A stretch of DNA of 64,000 bases from Rhodospirillaceae bacterium (GCA_965207985.1 CBDBND010000012.1:10773-74772); one strand, 5' to 3'. Shown: positions 51,607 to 60,712, counted from the stretch's first letter. Numbers and translations are program-made. The notes: generated from the letters alone by a model not told the origin.

Positions 51607-52848
51607 TAAGCTACACTTTGTTGTCTTCTGGTCTTCGTAGAGAAGGAGATCAGAGATGTCGAAACGCAAGCAACACTGGCCGGAATTCAAGGCGAAAGTA
51701 GCCCTTGAAGCCTTGAAGGGCGAAGAGACCGTATCCGAGCTGTCCAGCCGGTTCGGGGTTCACCCGACGATGATTCATCAATGGAAGCGTGCGCTGCTTG
51801 ATGGTGCTCCTGGCCTGTTCGCCCGTGGTGGCCGCCGGCAACCGGAGATCGACGAAGCGCAGGTGAAGGAACTGCATGCCAAGATTGGGGAGTTGGCTGT
51901 GGCCAACGATTTTTTGTCCAGACAGCTCAAGCCCTGGGGCGTGAAGTGAGACGCGGCATGATCGAGCCGGGTCATCCCGGATTATCGGTCAGCAGGCAGT
52001 GTGCGCTGCTGTCGATCTCCCGGTCGTCGTTCTATTACACGCCCAAGGGTGAGAGCGAGATGAACCTCGCGCTGATGCGTGAGATCGATGAACAGTTCCT
52101 GGACACGCCGTTCTTTGGCGTCCGGCAGATGACGTGGCATTTGAAGAACGAAGGCCATTGCGTCAATGAGAAGCGGTTGCGCCGCCTGATGCGGCTCATG
52201 GGCCTGATGCCGATCTACCAGAAGCCCAGCACCTCAAAGCCAGCGAAGGGGCACAAGACCTGGCCGTATCTACTCCGGGGGCTGAGTGTGAACAGACCGA
52301 ACCAGGTCTGGGCAACGGATATCACCTACCTGCCGATGCGCCGGGGGTTCCTGTACCTGGTTGCCATCATGGATTGGTTTACCCGCACGGTGCTGGCTTG
52401 GCGCATCTCGAACACGCTGGAGGCTGACTTCTGCGTCGAGGCGTTAAACGAGGCGACCCACACGTTCGGTGCGCCAGAGATCATGAACACCGACCAGGGC
52501 TCGCAGTTCACCTCGTTTGCTTGGACCGACCGGCTTCGGCGGACGGGCGTGCGCATCTCGATGGACGGCAAGGGGCGGTTCCTCGACAACATCTTCGTCG
52601 AGCGGCTTTGGCGCACGCTCAAATACGAGTGCGTCTATCTGCACGCCTGGGAAAACGGCTCACAGGCCAGGGCGGGTATCCGCAAATGGATCACGTTCTA
52701 CAATGAGAGGCGTCCTCATTCCGCCCTTGGCGGCAGGCCGCCCGCCGTGGTCTATTGGACGGCAATCGAGCAAAACCAAACCGATCAGCAGGCCCAGAAA
52801 GTAGCTTAAATCAAACCAGAACCTGTCCAATAATCAGGGAGTAGCTCA
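51607..52848 (+). mobile_element. IS3-family insertion sequence no. 1 (about 1.24 kb)
   Basis: The imperfect inverted repeats are TAAGCTACAC... (left) and ...GGGAGTAGCTCA (right). The left end directly abuts the IS5-family right end. Confidence 0.7.
51656..52809 (+). CDS. IS3-family transposase OrfA (51656-51949) / OrfB (51946-52809), with orfB in the -1 frame
   Basis: The OrfA HTH is [24 protein letters not shown]. OrfB has the rve core ([34 protein letters not shown]). The slippery T_TTT_TTG is at 51910-51916. Confidence 0.85.
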
Positions 52849-52927
52849 GCGCGTTCGTCAATCGGTGTGAGAACGTTATCGCCCTGGGCCCTGAACCACT
52901 GGTTTCTGTCTTGCTATAATCACGTGG

Positions 52928-54154
52928 CTACGAGCCTACCGGCATTTTCAACGCAAGCAAGCGCGTCGGCTCACCGCCGATATCGACTTCACCAGCGATA
53001 TCTGCCGTCTCGAGATCGACTGTGACGACCTTTCCCTGATGGGGCAGACTGACAAAAGCGTTGCCGTCGGCGACCACGATGTCAGGCAAGACGGCCTTAT
53101 CGACGTGTTCGTGAAAGTCCTTGTCGAAGGCTTGGCCTACAGCGACCGTATTGAACAGTTCACCTGTATCGCCGCTCCGGATTTCCAATTTTCCCGCCCG
53201 CGATAAAGATAAGAGGTATTGACCATCCGCTGACACGGCTTGGCGAACGGACGACTCAACGGGCAGGGCGCTGAACGCATAGGGCTGTTCGGACACATTC
53301 AGGCGATAAAGCTGCGGTATCGTGCCTTCCGTAAACCCCCAGTAAACGCCTTTTGTGCCTCTCAGGAAGGCGCCAACCCGTTGCTTGTCCGGGTAAGGGA
53401 TTCGGGCCACGTCCTTATTGATTTCCTCACCCCGCGTGCCGACGACCATGACATCCGCGGCGCATGCGAAAAAGAGACGGCCACTATCCTCATCCTTGAT
53501 CATACCGTGCAGCACGGGACACCGGTCCAAGCGGGCTACCTCCTCGCCGGTCTCGCGGTGGATGATCTGCAGCATGCCGTGGGCGAGATGCCCCACATAA
53601 AGGAAGTCCCCAGCCTCCAGATAATGGTAGTGGTCTTTCCCGGCCAAGTCATAGCGGCGTACGCTGATTTCCTTTAGTCCTGTAAAGTTTTCGTTTTCAA
53701 AAACGACGATTTCGGCGCTACTTTCCATGAAAATGGCGTCTTTTCCGCCGACCGTCGCGAGATGGTCATCGCGAATACCGCCTGGTGTTTCGGCCGGGAG
53801 CGTGCGGGCCACGTAAGGCGGACGCTGAATATCGCTATCAGCAAAATAGCCGGTGCTGATGACCGTCACCATGTCGCGGTCGGTACTGCGGCCGCGCATC
53901 GCGAATAGATGTTCATAATCGCGGCTAAAGCCAAGACTCATGATGTATGGGGGTGTCGACAGTCTGGCCACGACATCGCCGTTCGGCATGTCTATCACGA
54001 CCACTTCGCCGTTGGCAGCATCGGCGGTGAACAGTCTCAAGGCCGTTTCCGCGACGTCGACTTTACGCTCGACGGGCCCATGCAACAACGCTGTGCTAGG
54101 AGCCAGGGCAATCATCAACGGGAATGCAATTCCGATTTTGGATGAAGTTCTCAT
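52928..54154 (-). CDS. Secreted beta-propeller protein, possibly an AztD-like zinc metallochaperone
   Basis: A signal peptide, 408 aa, and repeated strand-rich blades (LFTADAANGEVVVIDMPNGDVVARL...). The AztD assignment comes from memory of the family and from the Zur-island context. Confidence 0.45.
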   Translation of the reverse strand: MRTSSKIGIAFPLMIALAPSTALLHGPVERKVDVAETALRLFTADAANGEVVVIDMPNGDVVARLSTPPYIMSLGFSRDYEHLFAMRGRSTDRDMVTVISTGYFADSDIQRPPYVARTLPAETPGGIRDDHLATVGGKDAIFMESSAEIVVFENENFTGLKEISVRRYDLAGKDHYHYLEAGDFLYVGHLAHGMLQIIHRETGEEVARLDRCPVLHGMIKDEDSGRLFFACAADVMVVGTRGEEINKDVARIPYPDKQRVGAFLRGTKGVYWGFTEGTIPQLYRLNVSEQPYAFSALPVESSVRQAVSADGQYLLSLSRAGKLEIRSGDTGELFNTVAVGQAFDKDFHEHVDKAVLPDIVVADGNAFVSLPHQGKVVTVDLETADIAGEVDIGGEPTRLLALKMPVGS

Positions 54155-54195
54155 GTCAACTCATCTCCCAGAGATTTCAGAATTCCGGCAATCGT

Positions 54196-54567
54196 TCAAT
54201 GGCTATGGTTGGCAAATCGATAGCCGTGTGCAACGGCGAGTATGCTGGCACCGGCAACCGTCAGCGTGGTCTCGACGTTGTGAAGCGATTCGATGAAGGC
54301 CGCACTCAAAAGCAAGGCGAGCCCCAACACCGCGGCAAAAACGAAAAATGAGCCTTGTCCAGTCCGTATGCTTTTGCTGATGACCAGTCCACTTACCGGA
54401 AGCGCAAGGAGCACAAGCAGGCGGTGAATCCATTCTGCCTCATACAAAACACCCGCAACAGGCAGGACTGCTGTCAGCAAGGGTAAAGCGAGGCAGTGAA
54501 TCAGGCACAGGCTGGACAAACAAACGGCAGACGCATCAAGAGCGGGTGATGAGACGCCAACACTCAT
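54196..54567 (-). CDS. MerC-domain inner-membrane protein
   Basis: 123 aa with four TM segments and the signature CLSSLCLIHCLALPLL. Confidence 0.65.
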   Translation of the reverse strand: MSVGVSSPALDASAVCLSSLCLIHCLALPLLTAVLPVAGVLYEAEWIHRLLVLLALPVSGLVISKSIRTGQGSFFVFAAVLGLALLLSAAFIESLHNVETTLTVAGASILAVAHGYRFANHSH

Positions 54568-54668
54568 ATCGCTATCCTAATTATTTGGTTCGAAAGGGTG
54601 GGTGGGGCACGAGAAGTCGGCTTCAATAACAAGACCACGTGAAAAACGAACGACGTTCGCATTTGGCA

Positions 54669-55349
54669 TCAACATGACTTGCCACGAACCCAATCCGGAT
54701 GAATGTGCAAATAATCCTCATACACATCCTCAAAATTGAGCGCGTCCAAAACCAGATTGAGTCGCGTCTTCCCTAATCCCTGGATAGGAGGAGACCGGTG
54801 CCGGAAGTTAGACGATGCTTGGTTAAGCCAACGTGTACCACGCAGAATGATGGGGGAGCCGCTGCGCACATCGAATACTTGATCCGGTTTCGTACCACCT
54901 GTCAGGACTCCGTACTGAGTGCCGGGGCCACGATAGGTGCAGATCAGCCGTGCGTTGACGACATCGGTATGGAATTTCTTGCACGCGTTGCCGGTCACAA
55001 CGTCGAAACGCAGTTGGAGGTGGAGAGTTGACATGATCCTGGCAAAAGAGTCCGCAAGAAAGACGACATCGTTGATCAACCAGTTGCGCTCGGGGCTTTC
55101 AGGTGTGCGGGCCTCTTCACACGCTTGAAGGACGGCGGCGCATACATCCCGCGTTCTTAGATTGACGCACGCCGATGGGAGATACTCTGGCGCAAGCCCG
55201 CCAAACCATGACTGGAAAGTCTCGGGTAGAGGCCTGTTCCAAACGACCGCCGGCACACCGTCTTCTTTGATCGCATTCAACCCGTTGACTTGGCTGACGT
55301 GCTTGGCCGGGTCGTTATCCGAGTTTGAGGTTAAAGCAAGCGAAGTCAC
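54669..55349 (-). CDS. DUF1826-family protein
   Basis: CKKFHTDVVNARLICTYRGPGTQY and the HRSPP near the C-terminus match my recollection of DUF1826, which is often found in low-zinc regulons. Confidence 0.55.
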   Translation of the reverse strand: MTSLALTSNSDNDPAKHVSQVNGLNAIKEDGVPAVVWNRPLPETFQSWFGGLAPEYLPSACVNLRTRDVCAAVLQACEEARTPESPERNWLINDVVFLADSFARIMSTLHLQLRFDVVTGNACKKFHTDVVNARLICTYRGPGTQYGVLTGGTKPDQVFDVRSGSPIILRGTRWLNQASSNFRHRSPPIQGLGKTRLNLVLDALNFEDVYEDYLHIHPDWVRGKSC

Positions 55350-55365
55350 GTGGCTGATCCCGGGT

Positions 55366-57462
55366 TCAAAAACCCATGGCGATTGAGAAACGGATATCCC
55401 GTCCGGGGAGCGGTGTCAGTTCCTTGATGAAAGAGGTATGCGGCCGGCCAAACGAGTTGCCGAGGTTTCTGCCCTGAAGCGTGAGCCGCAGACCCCGGTC
55501 AGCCATCGGTTTCCAGCTCAACTGTGCGTTCACAAAGGCATAGGAGTCAGTCCGGTCTTCCAGAGGTGCCACCCGTGTCGCACTGGAAGAGCCTTCCACT
55601 TCGATCCGCGCGGTCCAGGCTTCAAACGTCGCAGATGCACCGATGGTGTAGAACAGCGGCGGAACCCGGGGCAGCGGCGAATCCGTCGTCTTTTCCGTTG
55701 CTCTGACATAACTGACCGAGCCGTCGAGGACGACCGTCATGTCCTCTGATTTGAAAGCCTCTAGGTCAGTTTCCGCTTCAAGGCCGGAGAACTTCGCGTC
55801 TACCTGGGTGAACTGAAGGACCGGCAAGCCGTCCTCTTCGGTTCCGGTTATCCGCTCGAAAATGTAATCGTCATACTCCGTGCGGAATACATTGAGTGAC
55901 CCTGCAAGGCGGTCAGTCGCGACCCTTAATGTCGCTTCTGTTTGCCAGGCCGTCTCTTTGAATAAGTTTGGATCGCCCACCTCAAACTGTTGGGTCGCCA
56001 GGTGGGGCCCATTGGAGAACAGCTCTTGTGCATTGGGCGCCCGTTCCGTGAGAGAAGACGTCAGCCCCATGGCCATGCCGTCGGCAAACCGCCACAAGGC
56101 GCTCGCGGACCCGGACCATGTATCGAAATCCCGTTTCGTTGCAGCAGTTGTGGACGTGACCTCCACCGTTTCGTATCGCAGGCCGCCGGTCAGCGTGACA
56201 GCCCCAAAGGATGCTTCCTCAACGATGAACGCGGCAAGAGATTCGGTCTCTGTGGGGGGAACAAAGGCCTCGGCCCCGATCGCCTCGAAATCGCGGTTGC
56301 GAAGCTGAAGTCCGAAGGCACCTTCGAGGTTCCCAAACGGGCGGTGAACGAGTTCAATCCGGCTTTCCCAAGTCTCATTGCGAAAGACGGTTCCAATTTC
56401 GTCGCCTTCCAGTTCCGTATGGTCGTAATCCCCATAGCCGAAGCGGAATGTCGCTTTATCCAGGAACGATCCCAGGTTGCGGAGTTCCCCGTCTACATCG
56501 AACCGGACTCGCTCAAGGTCGATGGCAATACTCTCTTCTTCCTCTTCCCCGTGCTCCTCCTCTTCGTGGTCATCGTGGTCATGGTCATGGTCATCATCGT
56601 CATGGTCATCATCGTCATGGTCATCATGATCATCATGGTCATGGTCATGCCCGTGCTCGTGTGCTGCGGGAACGCCATAAAACGAGTCGAAGTATCCGCC
56701 GGACACGCCCACGTGTCCGTTTTCCCAGACGTAGCTGAGGCCGCCACCGAAGGTGTAAACCTCGGCAGCGGAGTTCTCGACAAACCCGTCTATGCCTTCC
56801 TCTTCGGCCTCCTCGTTGGCAAACCCGTCGATCTCGTAATCCGATTGGTCGCTGTAGGAGCCATCCAGGGACAGAACAAGCCCCGGACCGATTTGGCCCT
56901 GGGTTTGTGCGTTGGCGCTGAAAGCGTCGGCATTGGTGCCGTAAGCGAGGTCGCCCCGGCCCGAGACCGTTCGCTCCGGCATCGTGGTGGCTATCCGCGT
57001 GTCGATCACGTTGACCACACCCCCGACGGCATTGGACCCGTACAACAGCGTGTTTGGACCGCGAAGGATTTCGATCCGCTCGGTCGTGCCGGGGTTGATG
57101 GCGACCTGGTGGTCGACTGTGGTCACGGAGGCGTCGACCGGGTCTAAACCGTTGGTTAAAACCCGGATTCGGTCACCGCCCTGTCCGCGAATAATGGGAC
57201 GGCTGGCGACCGGCCCAAAAAACGTGGAGGACACGCCGGTTGCGCCGCGCAGTGTTTCCCCAAGAGACGCTTGCGCTCTGTCGCGCAGAGCATCCCCGGA
57301 AAGGATAGATGCCCCTTGGATTATGTCCGCGAGGCTGCGTTCCAGCGGCGTGGACGTGACAAGAATTTCCTCAACGTCGAGGGACGGATTTGACTGAGCC
57401 AAGGCGGCGTAAGGAATGAGAGAGCATACGGCAACCGTACGCCACAAGTACTTCTGAGACAT
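55366..57462 (-). CDS. TonB-dependent receptor with a His/Asp/Glu-rich loop (ZnuD-like)
   Basis: A signal peptide, the plug (IEILRGPNTLLYGSNAVGG), and a terminal ...RFSIAMGF. The 43-aa tract HEHGHDHDHDDHDDHDDDDHDDDDHDHDHDDHEEEEHGEEEEE is at 56533-56661. Confidence 0.85.
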   Translation of the reverse strand: MSQKYLWRTVAVCSLIPYAALAQSNPSLDVEEILVTSTPLERSLADIIQGASILSGDALRDRAQASLGETLRGATGVSSTFFGPVASRPIIRGQGGDRIRVLTNGLDPVDASVTTVDHQVAINPGTTERIEILRGPNTLLYGSNAVGGVVNVIDTRIATTMPERTVSGRGDLAYGTNADAFSANAQTQGQIGPGLVLSLDGSYSDQSDYEIDGFANEEAEEEGIDGFVENSAAEVYTFGGGLSYVWENGHVGVSGGYFDSFYGVPAAHEHGHDHDHDDHDDHDDDDHDDDDHDHDHDDHEEEEHGEEEEESIAIDLERVRFDVDGELRNLGSFLDKATFRFGYGDYDHTELEGDEIGTVFRNETWESRIELVHRPFGNLEGAFGLQLRNRDFEAIGAEAFVPPTETESLAAFIVEEASFGAVTLTGGLRYETVEVTSTTAATKRDFDTWSGSASALWRFADGMAMGLTSSLTERAPNAQELFSNGPHLATQQFEVGDPNLFKETAWQTEATLRVATDRLAGSLNVFRTEYDDYIFERITGTEEDGLPVLQFTQVDAKFSGLEAETDLEAFKSEDMTVVLDGSVSYVRATEKTTDSPLPRVPPLFYTIGASATFEAWTARIEVEGSSSATRVAPLEDRTDSYAFVNAQLSWKPMADRGLRLTLQGRNLGNSFGRPHTSFIKELTPLPGRDIRFSIAMGF

Positions 57463-57550
57463 TATAGAACTCCAGAACGTGTTTAGAGGGTCAGGGGCTC
57501 AGGCATGAGCCTGGTTATCTGAATATTGGTTCCTTAAAGAGGCTAGGGCG

Positions 57551-58429
57551 TTACTCCTCGTGCTCGTCCTCATGGTCGTCCTCATGGTCGTCCTCGTGCT
57601 CAAGTTCGAGTTCATGACCATGCTCGCCGTGGCCGTGTTCGCCTTCCATCAGCACCAGTGCGAACATCAGGCCGATGCCGAACAACATGGCAATGAGCTG
57701 CTGGACGGAGCTGGACGTGTCGGTTTCTTCGTGGAGGTGCGGCACCAGGTCCGACCCGGCAATGTAGATGAAGCCCCCAGCGGCAAGTGCCGAGAGGATT
57801 GGCGTAAGCCCTTCCACATCCGCCAGCAGGTACACGATGATCAGTCCGACGACGGCCAAAAGCGCGGAGATGAAGTTGAACAGCAACGCTTTTTTCTTGC
57901 TGTATCCCGCATGTAGGAGGATGGCGAAATCACCGATCTCCTGAGGGATTTCATGCAGCGCAATGGCGATGGTGGTGGCGATACCCACTTCCGGGCTGAT
58001 GAGAAAACTGACACCGATGATGATGCCGTCCAGCAAGTTGTGGACGCCGTCGCCGATGAGCACGATCGGCCCGACCGGCTTGATGGCATGATGATCATGG
58101 TCATGGCCGCCGTGGGCCAGGTCCACTTCCAGTTCTCCCGGAAGCGCGTGGCTATGTTGCCAACGGAGGAATTTCTCCAACGTGAAGAAGATCACGATGC
58201 CGAGGAGTACACAAAACGGCACCACAACTTCGCCCGGCATTTCTTCCAGCGCATGGGGAATCAAATGAATGATGGCGTCACCGAAGAGCGCGCCGACAGC
58301 CAGGCTGACGAGAAAGGGCAGGCACCTTCTCAGCAAAGCCGTGCTCATTCCCAGGGCCACCAGACCCACCAGCGAAATCAAACTGATGATGAGAACGGCA
58401 ACGAGAGCCGGTAAGAAATTTCCGTCCAT
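57551..58429 (-). CDS. ZIP-family metal transporter with a His/Asp/Glu-rich C-terminus
   Basis: HNLLDG and HEIPQEIGDF motifs, with a His-rich loop. The tail is HGHGEHGHELELEHEDDHEDDHEDEHEE. Confidence 0.85.
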   Translation of the reverse strand: MDGNFLPALVAVLIISLISLVGLVALGMSTALLRRCLPFLVSLAVGALFGDAIIHLIPHALEEMPGEVVVPFCVLLGIVIFFTLEKFLRWQHSHALPGELEVDLAHGGHDHDHHAIKPVGPIVLIGDGVHNLLDGIIIGVSFLISPEVGIATTIAIALHEIPQEIGDFAILLHAGYSKKKALLFNFISALLAVVGLIIVYLLADVEGLTPILSALAAGGFIYIAGSDLVPHLHEETDTSSSVQQLIAMLFGIGLMFALVLMEGEHGHGEHGHELELEHEDDHEDDHEDEHEE

Positions 58430-58438
58430 GGCTTCCCC

Positions 58439-58831
58439 TCAATTCTTATTTTTTGCGCAGGCGCCGCACTGGCCAATGATTTCGAACGCCTTATGATCGG
58501 CATTAAAGCCAGACGTCTTTTTCAGCCGGGACACCATCCGGCAGAGACCGTGGTCCTCAACTTCCTCTACGCGCTTACAGTCAGTGCAGACTGCGAGAAC
58601 CACTTCGTGGGCATGGCGTTCAGACCGGCAAGGGACAAAGGCCCTCAGGCTCTCGATGCGATGAATGCGCCCATCCGCATTGAGGCGGTCAAGGGCCCGG
58701 TATACCACCGGTGGGGTGAGCCGGTGACGGGAGGAGAGACGTTCTATGAGTTCATAGGCGCTCAACGGCATCTTGGCCGCTTTCATGACTTGCAAGATTT
58801 CTGAATCGTCGACCGTTCGTGGACGGGACAT
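58439..58831 (-). CDS. zur: Fur-family zinc uptake regulator
   Basis: 130 aa with a winged helix and two CxxC pairs (CTDCKR, CGACAK). It lies 10 nt upstream of the ZIP gene. Confidence 0.75.
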   Translation of the reverse strand: MSRPRTVDDSEILQVMKAAKMPLSAYELIERLSSRHRLTPPVVYRALDRLNADGRIHRIESLRAFVPCRSERHAHEVVLAVCTDCKRVEEVEDHGLCRMVSRLKKTSGFNADHKAFEIIGQCGACAKNKN

Positions 58832-58975
58832 TGTCCATCCCTTCCTTACTATATAACTTAAAAATGGCCGTTGTCGGAGTGAGAGTCAAGCCTTTCTTGG
58901 ACCCAGAACGGAGGGGCTGCGGTGATAGACTGGGTAGCCAGTGACCTGAGGCTCAACAGTTTCTACAAGACCATC

Positions 58976-59407
58976 ATGGAAAACATCTTGAAACGGATTT
59001 GCCCGTCCATCAGGAGCGTTGGAGTGTGCGTTTCGCTACTGCTCGCGACATCGGCTGAGGCTTACAAAGGTGTAGAGCTAGGGCGTGATTGCCGCAGTAC
59101 GGGGGACGCTGCGCGGGCTCGGTGTGAAGGCTTCATCAACGGATTTTTGGCGGGCGCTCAGGTCGACGTGGAGGGCGAGCCAATCACCATGTGGCGATAC
59201 CTCGGTTATACGTGGTGTGGTCCCGCCGTCGTCGCGATCCCTGAGATTGTCAAAGCACTTTTTGAGGCGGCCAGTACAGGTCGCGCGACACCGCACTTCC
59301 CCGCATCGCTCATGCTCGCTCAGTCACTATATGTGAAGTTCCCGTGCGAAGGGCTCACGATGCCGGGCTTCCCAAGACTAAATTCTTCGCCGGCACCAGA
59401 TGATTAG
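58976..59407 (+). CDS. Small secreted protein, possibly Rap1a/Tai4-like
   Basis: The signal peptide comes after the internal ATG at 58976. The spacing CEGFINGF...WCGP...FPC resembles periplasmic Rap1a-type immunity proteins. Confidence 0.35.
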   Translation: MENILKRICPSIRSVGVCVSLLLATSAEAYKGVELGRDCRSTGDAARARCEGFINGFLAGAQVDVEGEPITMWRYLGYTWCGPAVVAIPEIVKALFEAASTGRATPHFPASLMLAQSLYVKFPCEGLTMPGFPRLNSSPAPDD

Positions 59408-59523
59408 GAAGGTTTCTCCGTATACGCTTCGGTGGGATCATACTACGTGTGCTTTTAGCCGAGGCTGTTGACAAACCTGACTATTCGGGATTTTCCGATG
59501 TTCTCTTTTGGTAATAGCGGACA

Positions 59524-59570
59524 TTTTTTCCCGATGCGGTGTTTGGCCGCATCGGGTTATGAGTTTTTTT
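59524..59570 (+). terminator. Hairpin with flanking T-runs (probable terminator)
   Basis: TTTTTT-CCCGATGCGG-TGTTTGG-CCGCATCGGG-TTATGAGTTTTTTT. Confidence 0.55.
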
Positions 59571-59599
59571 GGTAGAGTCGAGGACTGGCGCGCCAGCGT

Positions 59600-60712
59600 G
59601 TAGGGTCCGGTGGCTATTCCGTCGCTTTCGCTCCGGGCCTCAGTCCGGCTCCCATGTGCCGCGTTTCCAGTCCCCGCTCATCAAACCGGACGTGCGGTTT
59701 TCCCGCATCCGGCTTTCGGACGAGATCATGCCTTCGCACTCGGAAAGCCCACTACCTGCCGCGTGAGACGCAGGAGGCCGCACTCGTCGTACAGCCGCTC
59801 CTCGGAGTAGCGCACAAACTTCCCCGCCCGCGTCTGATGCTTTCGACCGAGCCACTGGCGAAGCCGCTTGGCCGTATGGCGATTAACGGCGCTGTAGGCC
59901 GGGCTGACCTGACCGAGGTTGAAGTAGTTCGCCCATCCGCGCAGGGCGCGATTGAGGTCGTCCACCACCACCTCCATCGACTTCCAGCCGTGCTGTCGCG
60001 CTGTCATTTCGCTGACCTTGCGGCATATCCCTTGGACGCTTGCCTTGCTGGGTCGGTTGCCGATGTAGGCTCCTTTCCCGTGGGGCCGATAGTTGCGTCC
60101 AATGCGGTAGCCCAGAAACTCGAATGCCTCCTCCGGGTACCGCAGGCACCGGGTTTTCTGCTCGTTGACCGTGAGCTTCAGACCGCCCATGAGCCGCTTG
60201 ACCGCCGTCAGCATGTTCGCCGCCGGGGCCTTGCCAAGCACACAGAGGTCGTCTGCATAAACCACGATTTCCGCGCAGAAGTGCCGGGCATAGCCCAGCG
60301 TCTCCCAGCCAAGCACGAAGCACCGCATGTAGAGGTTGCTGGCTAATGGAGAGATCGGTAACCCCTGTGGGGTGCCTTTCCGCTCCTTGCGCGCACGGTT
60401 CGTGCGGCGTTTGCCGCCCTGGCCGTCGTCCGCCTCCACCGGCATTTCCAGCCACGCCTTGATGAGCTTGAGCATCCGCCCGTCGCTGATGCGCCGGGCG
60501 AGGCTCTTGAGAAGCTCAGCGTGCGGTATCTCACCGAAGTAGTTGGACAGATCGCAATCGACCACCTCGTTGTGCCCCGTGTTCAGGAGGCTGTGAACGC
60601 GTTTCACCGCGTCATGGGCACTCCGCTCCGGTCTGTAGGCGTACTGCTCCGGTTGCAGGTCCGCTTCGAATATCGGCTCAAGCACAAGCAAGGCCGATGT
60701 CTGCGCTATCCT
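59600..60712 (-). mobile_element. Group II intron remnant: 3' two-thirds of the RT/maturase ORF plus domain V; the 5' part is deleted
   Basis: RT similarity starts at RIAQTSALLVLEPIFEADL (about 60712). It contains YADD, and the maturase segment is RGWANYF. The stop is at 59726. RT domains 0-2 and RNA domains I-III are absent. The 3' boundary is approximate. Confidence 0.75.
59685..59714 (-). ncRNA. Group II intron domain V
   Basis: On the minus strand, AGCCGGAUGCGG-GAAA-ACCGCACGUCCGGUU shows the AGC triad, a GNRA loop and a bulge. It lies 12 nt after the RT stop. Confidence 0.75.

Noticed and set aside
54640-54660. A short hairpin, CGAAC-GTC-GTTCG, plus a T-run after the DUF1826 gene as a terminator.
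   Set aside because: The stem is only 5 bp with a 3-nt loop. That is too weak to call, although it may partly separate the MerC/propeller pair from the upstream genes.
56533-56661. Short periodic DNA repeats that could be mistaken for a repeat array or CRISPR.
   Set aside because: The units are 3-6 nt, lie in frame inside a long receptor ORF, and encode the His/Asp tract. There is no spacer-repeat architecture.
58845-58862. CTTACTATATAACTTAA upstream of zur as a Zur box.
   Set aside because: Only one arm (AAGTTATA on the minus strand) looks like a Zur half-site and the palindrome is poor. I kept it only as a remark in the island finding.
59524-59640. A class IIC-style association of the group II intron with the terminator hairpin at 59530-59556.
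   Set aside because: IIC introns insert downstream of a terminator in the same orientation, next to their 5' end. Here the hairpin lies beyond the intron's 3' end and the T-run geometry fits the opposite strand.
59654-60346. A 230-aa plus-strand ORF.
   Set aside because: It is antisense to the clearly recognisable RT/maturase ORF, and its translation is Arg/Pro/Ala-rich.
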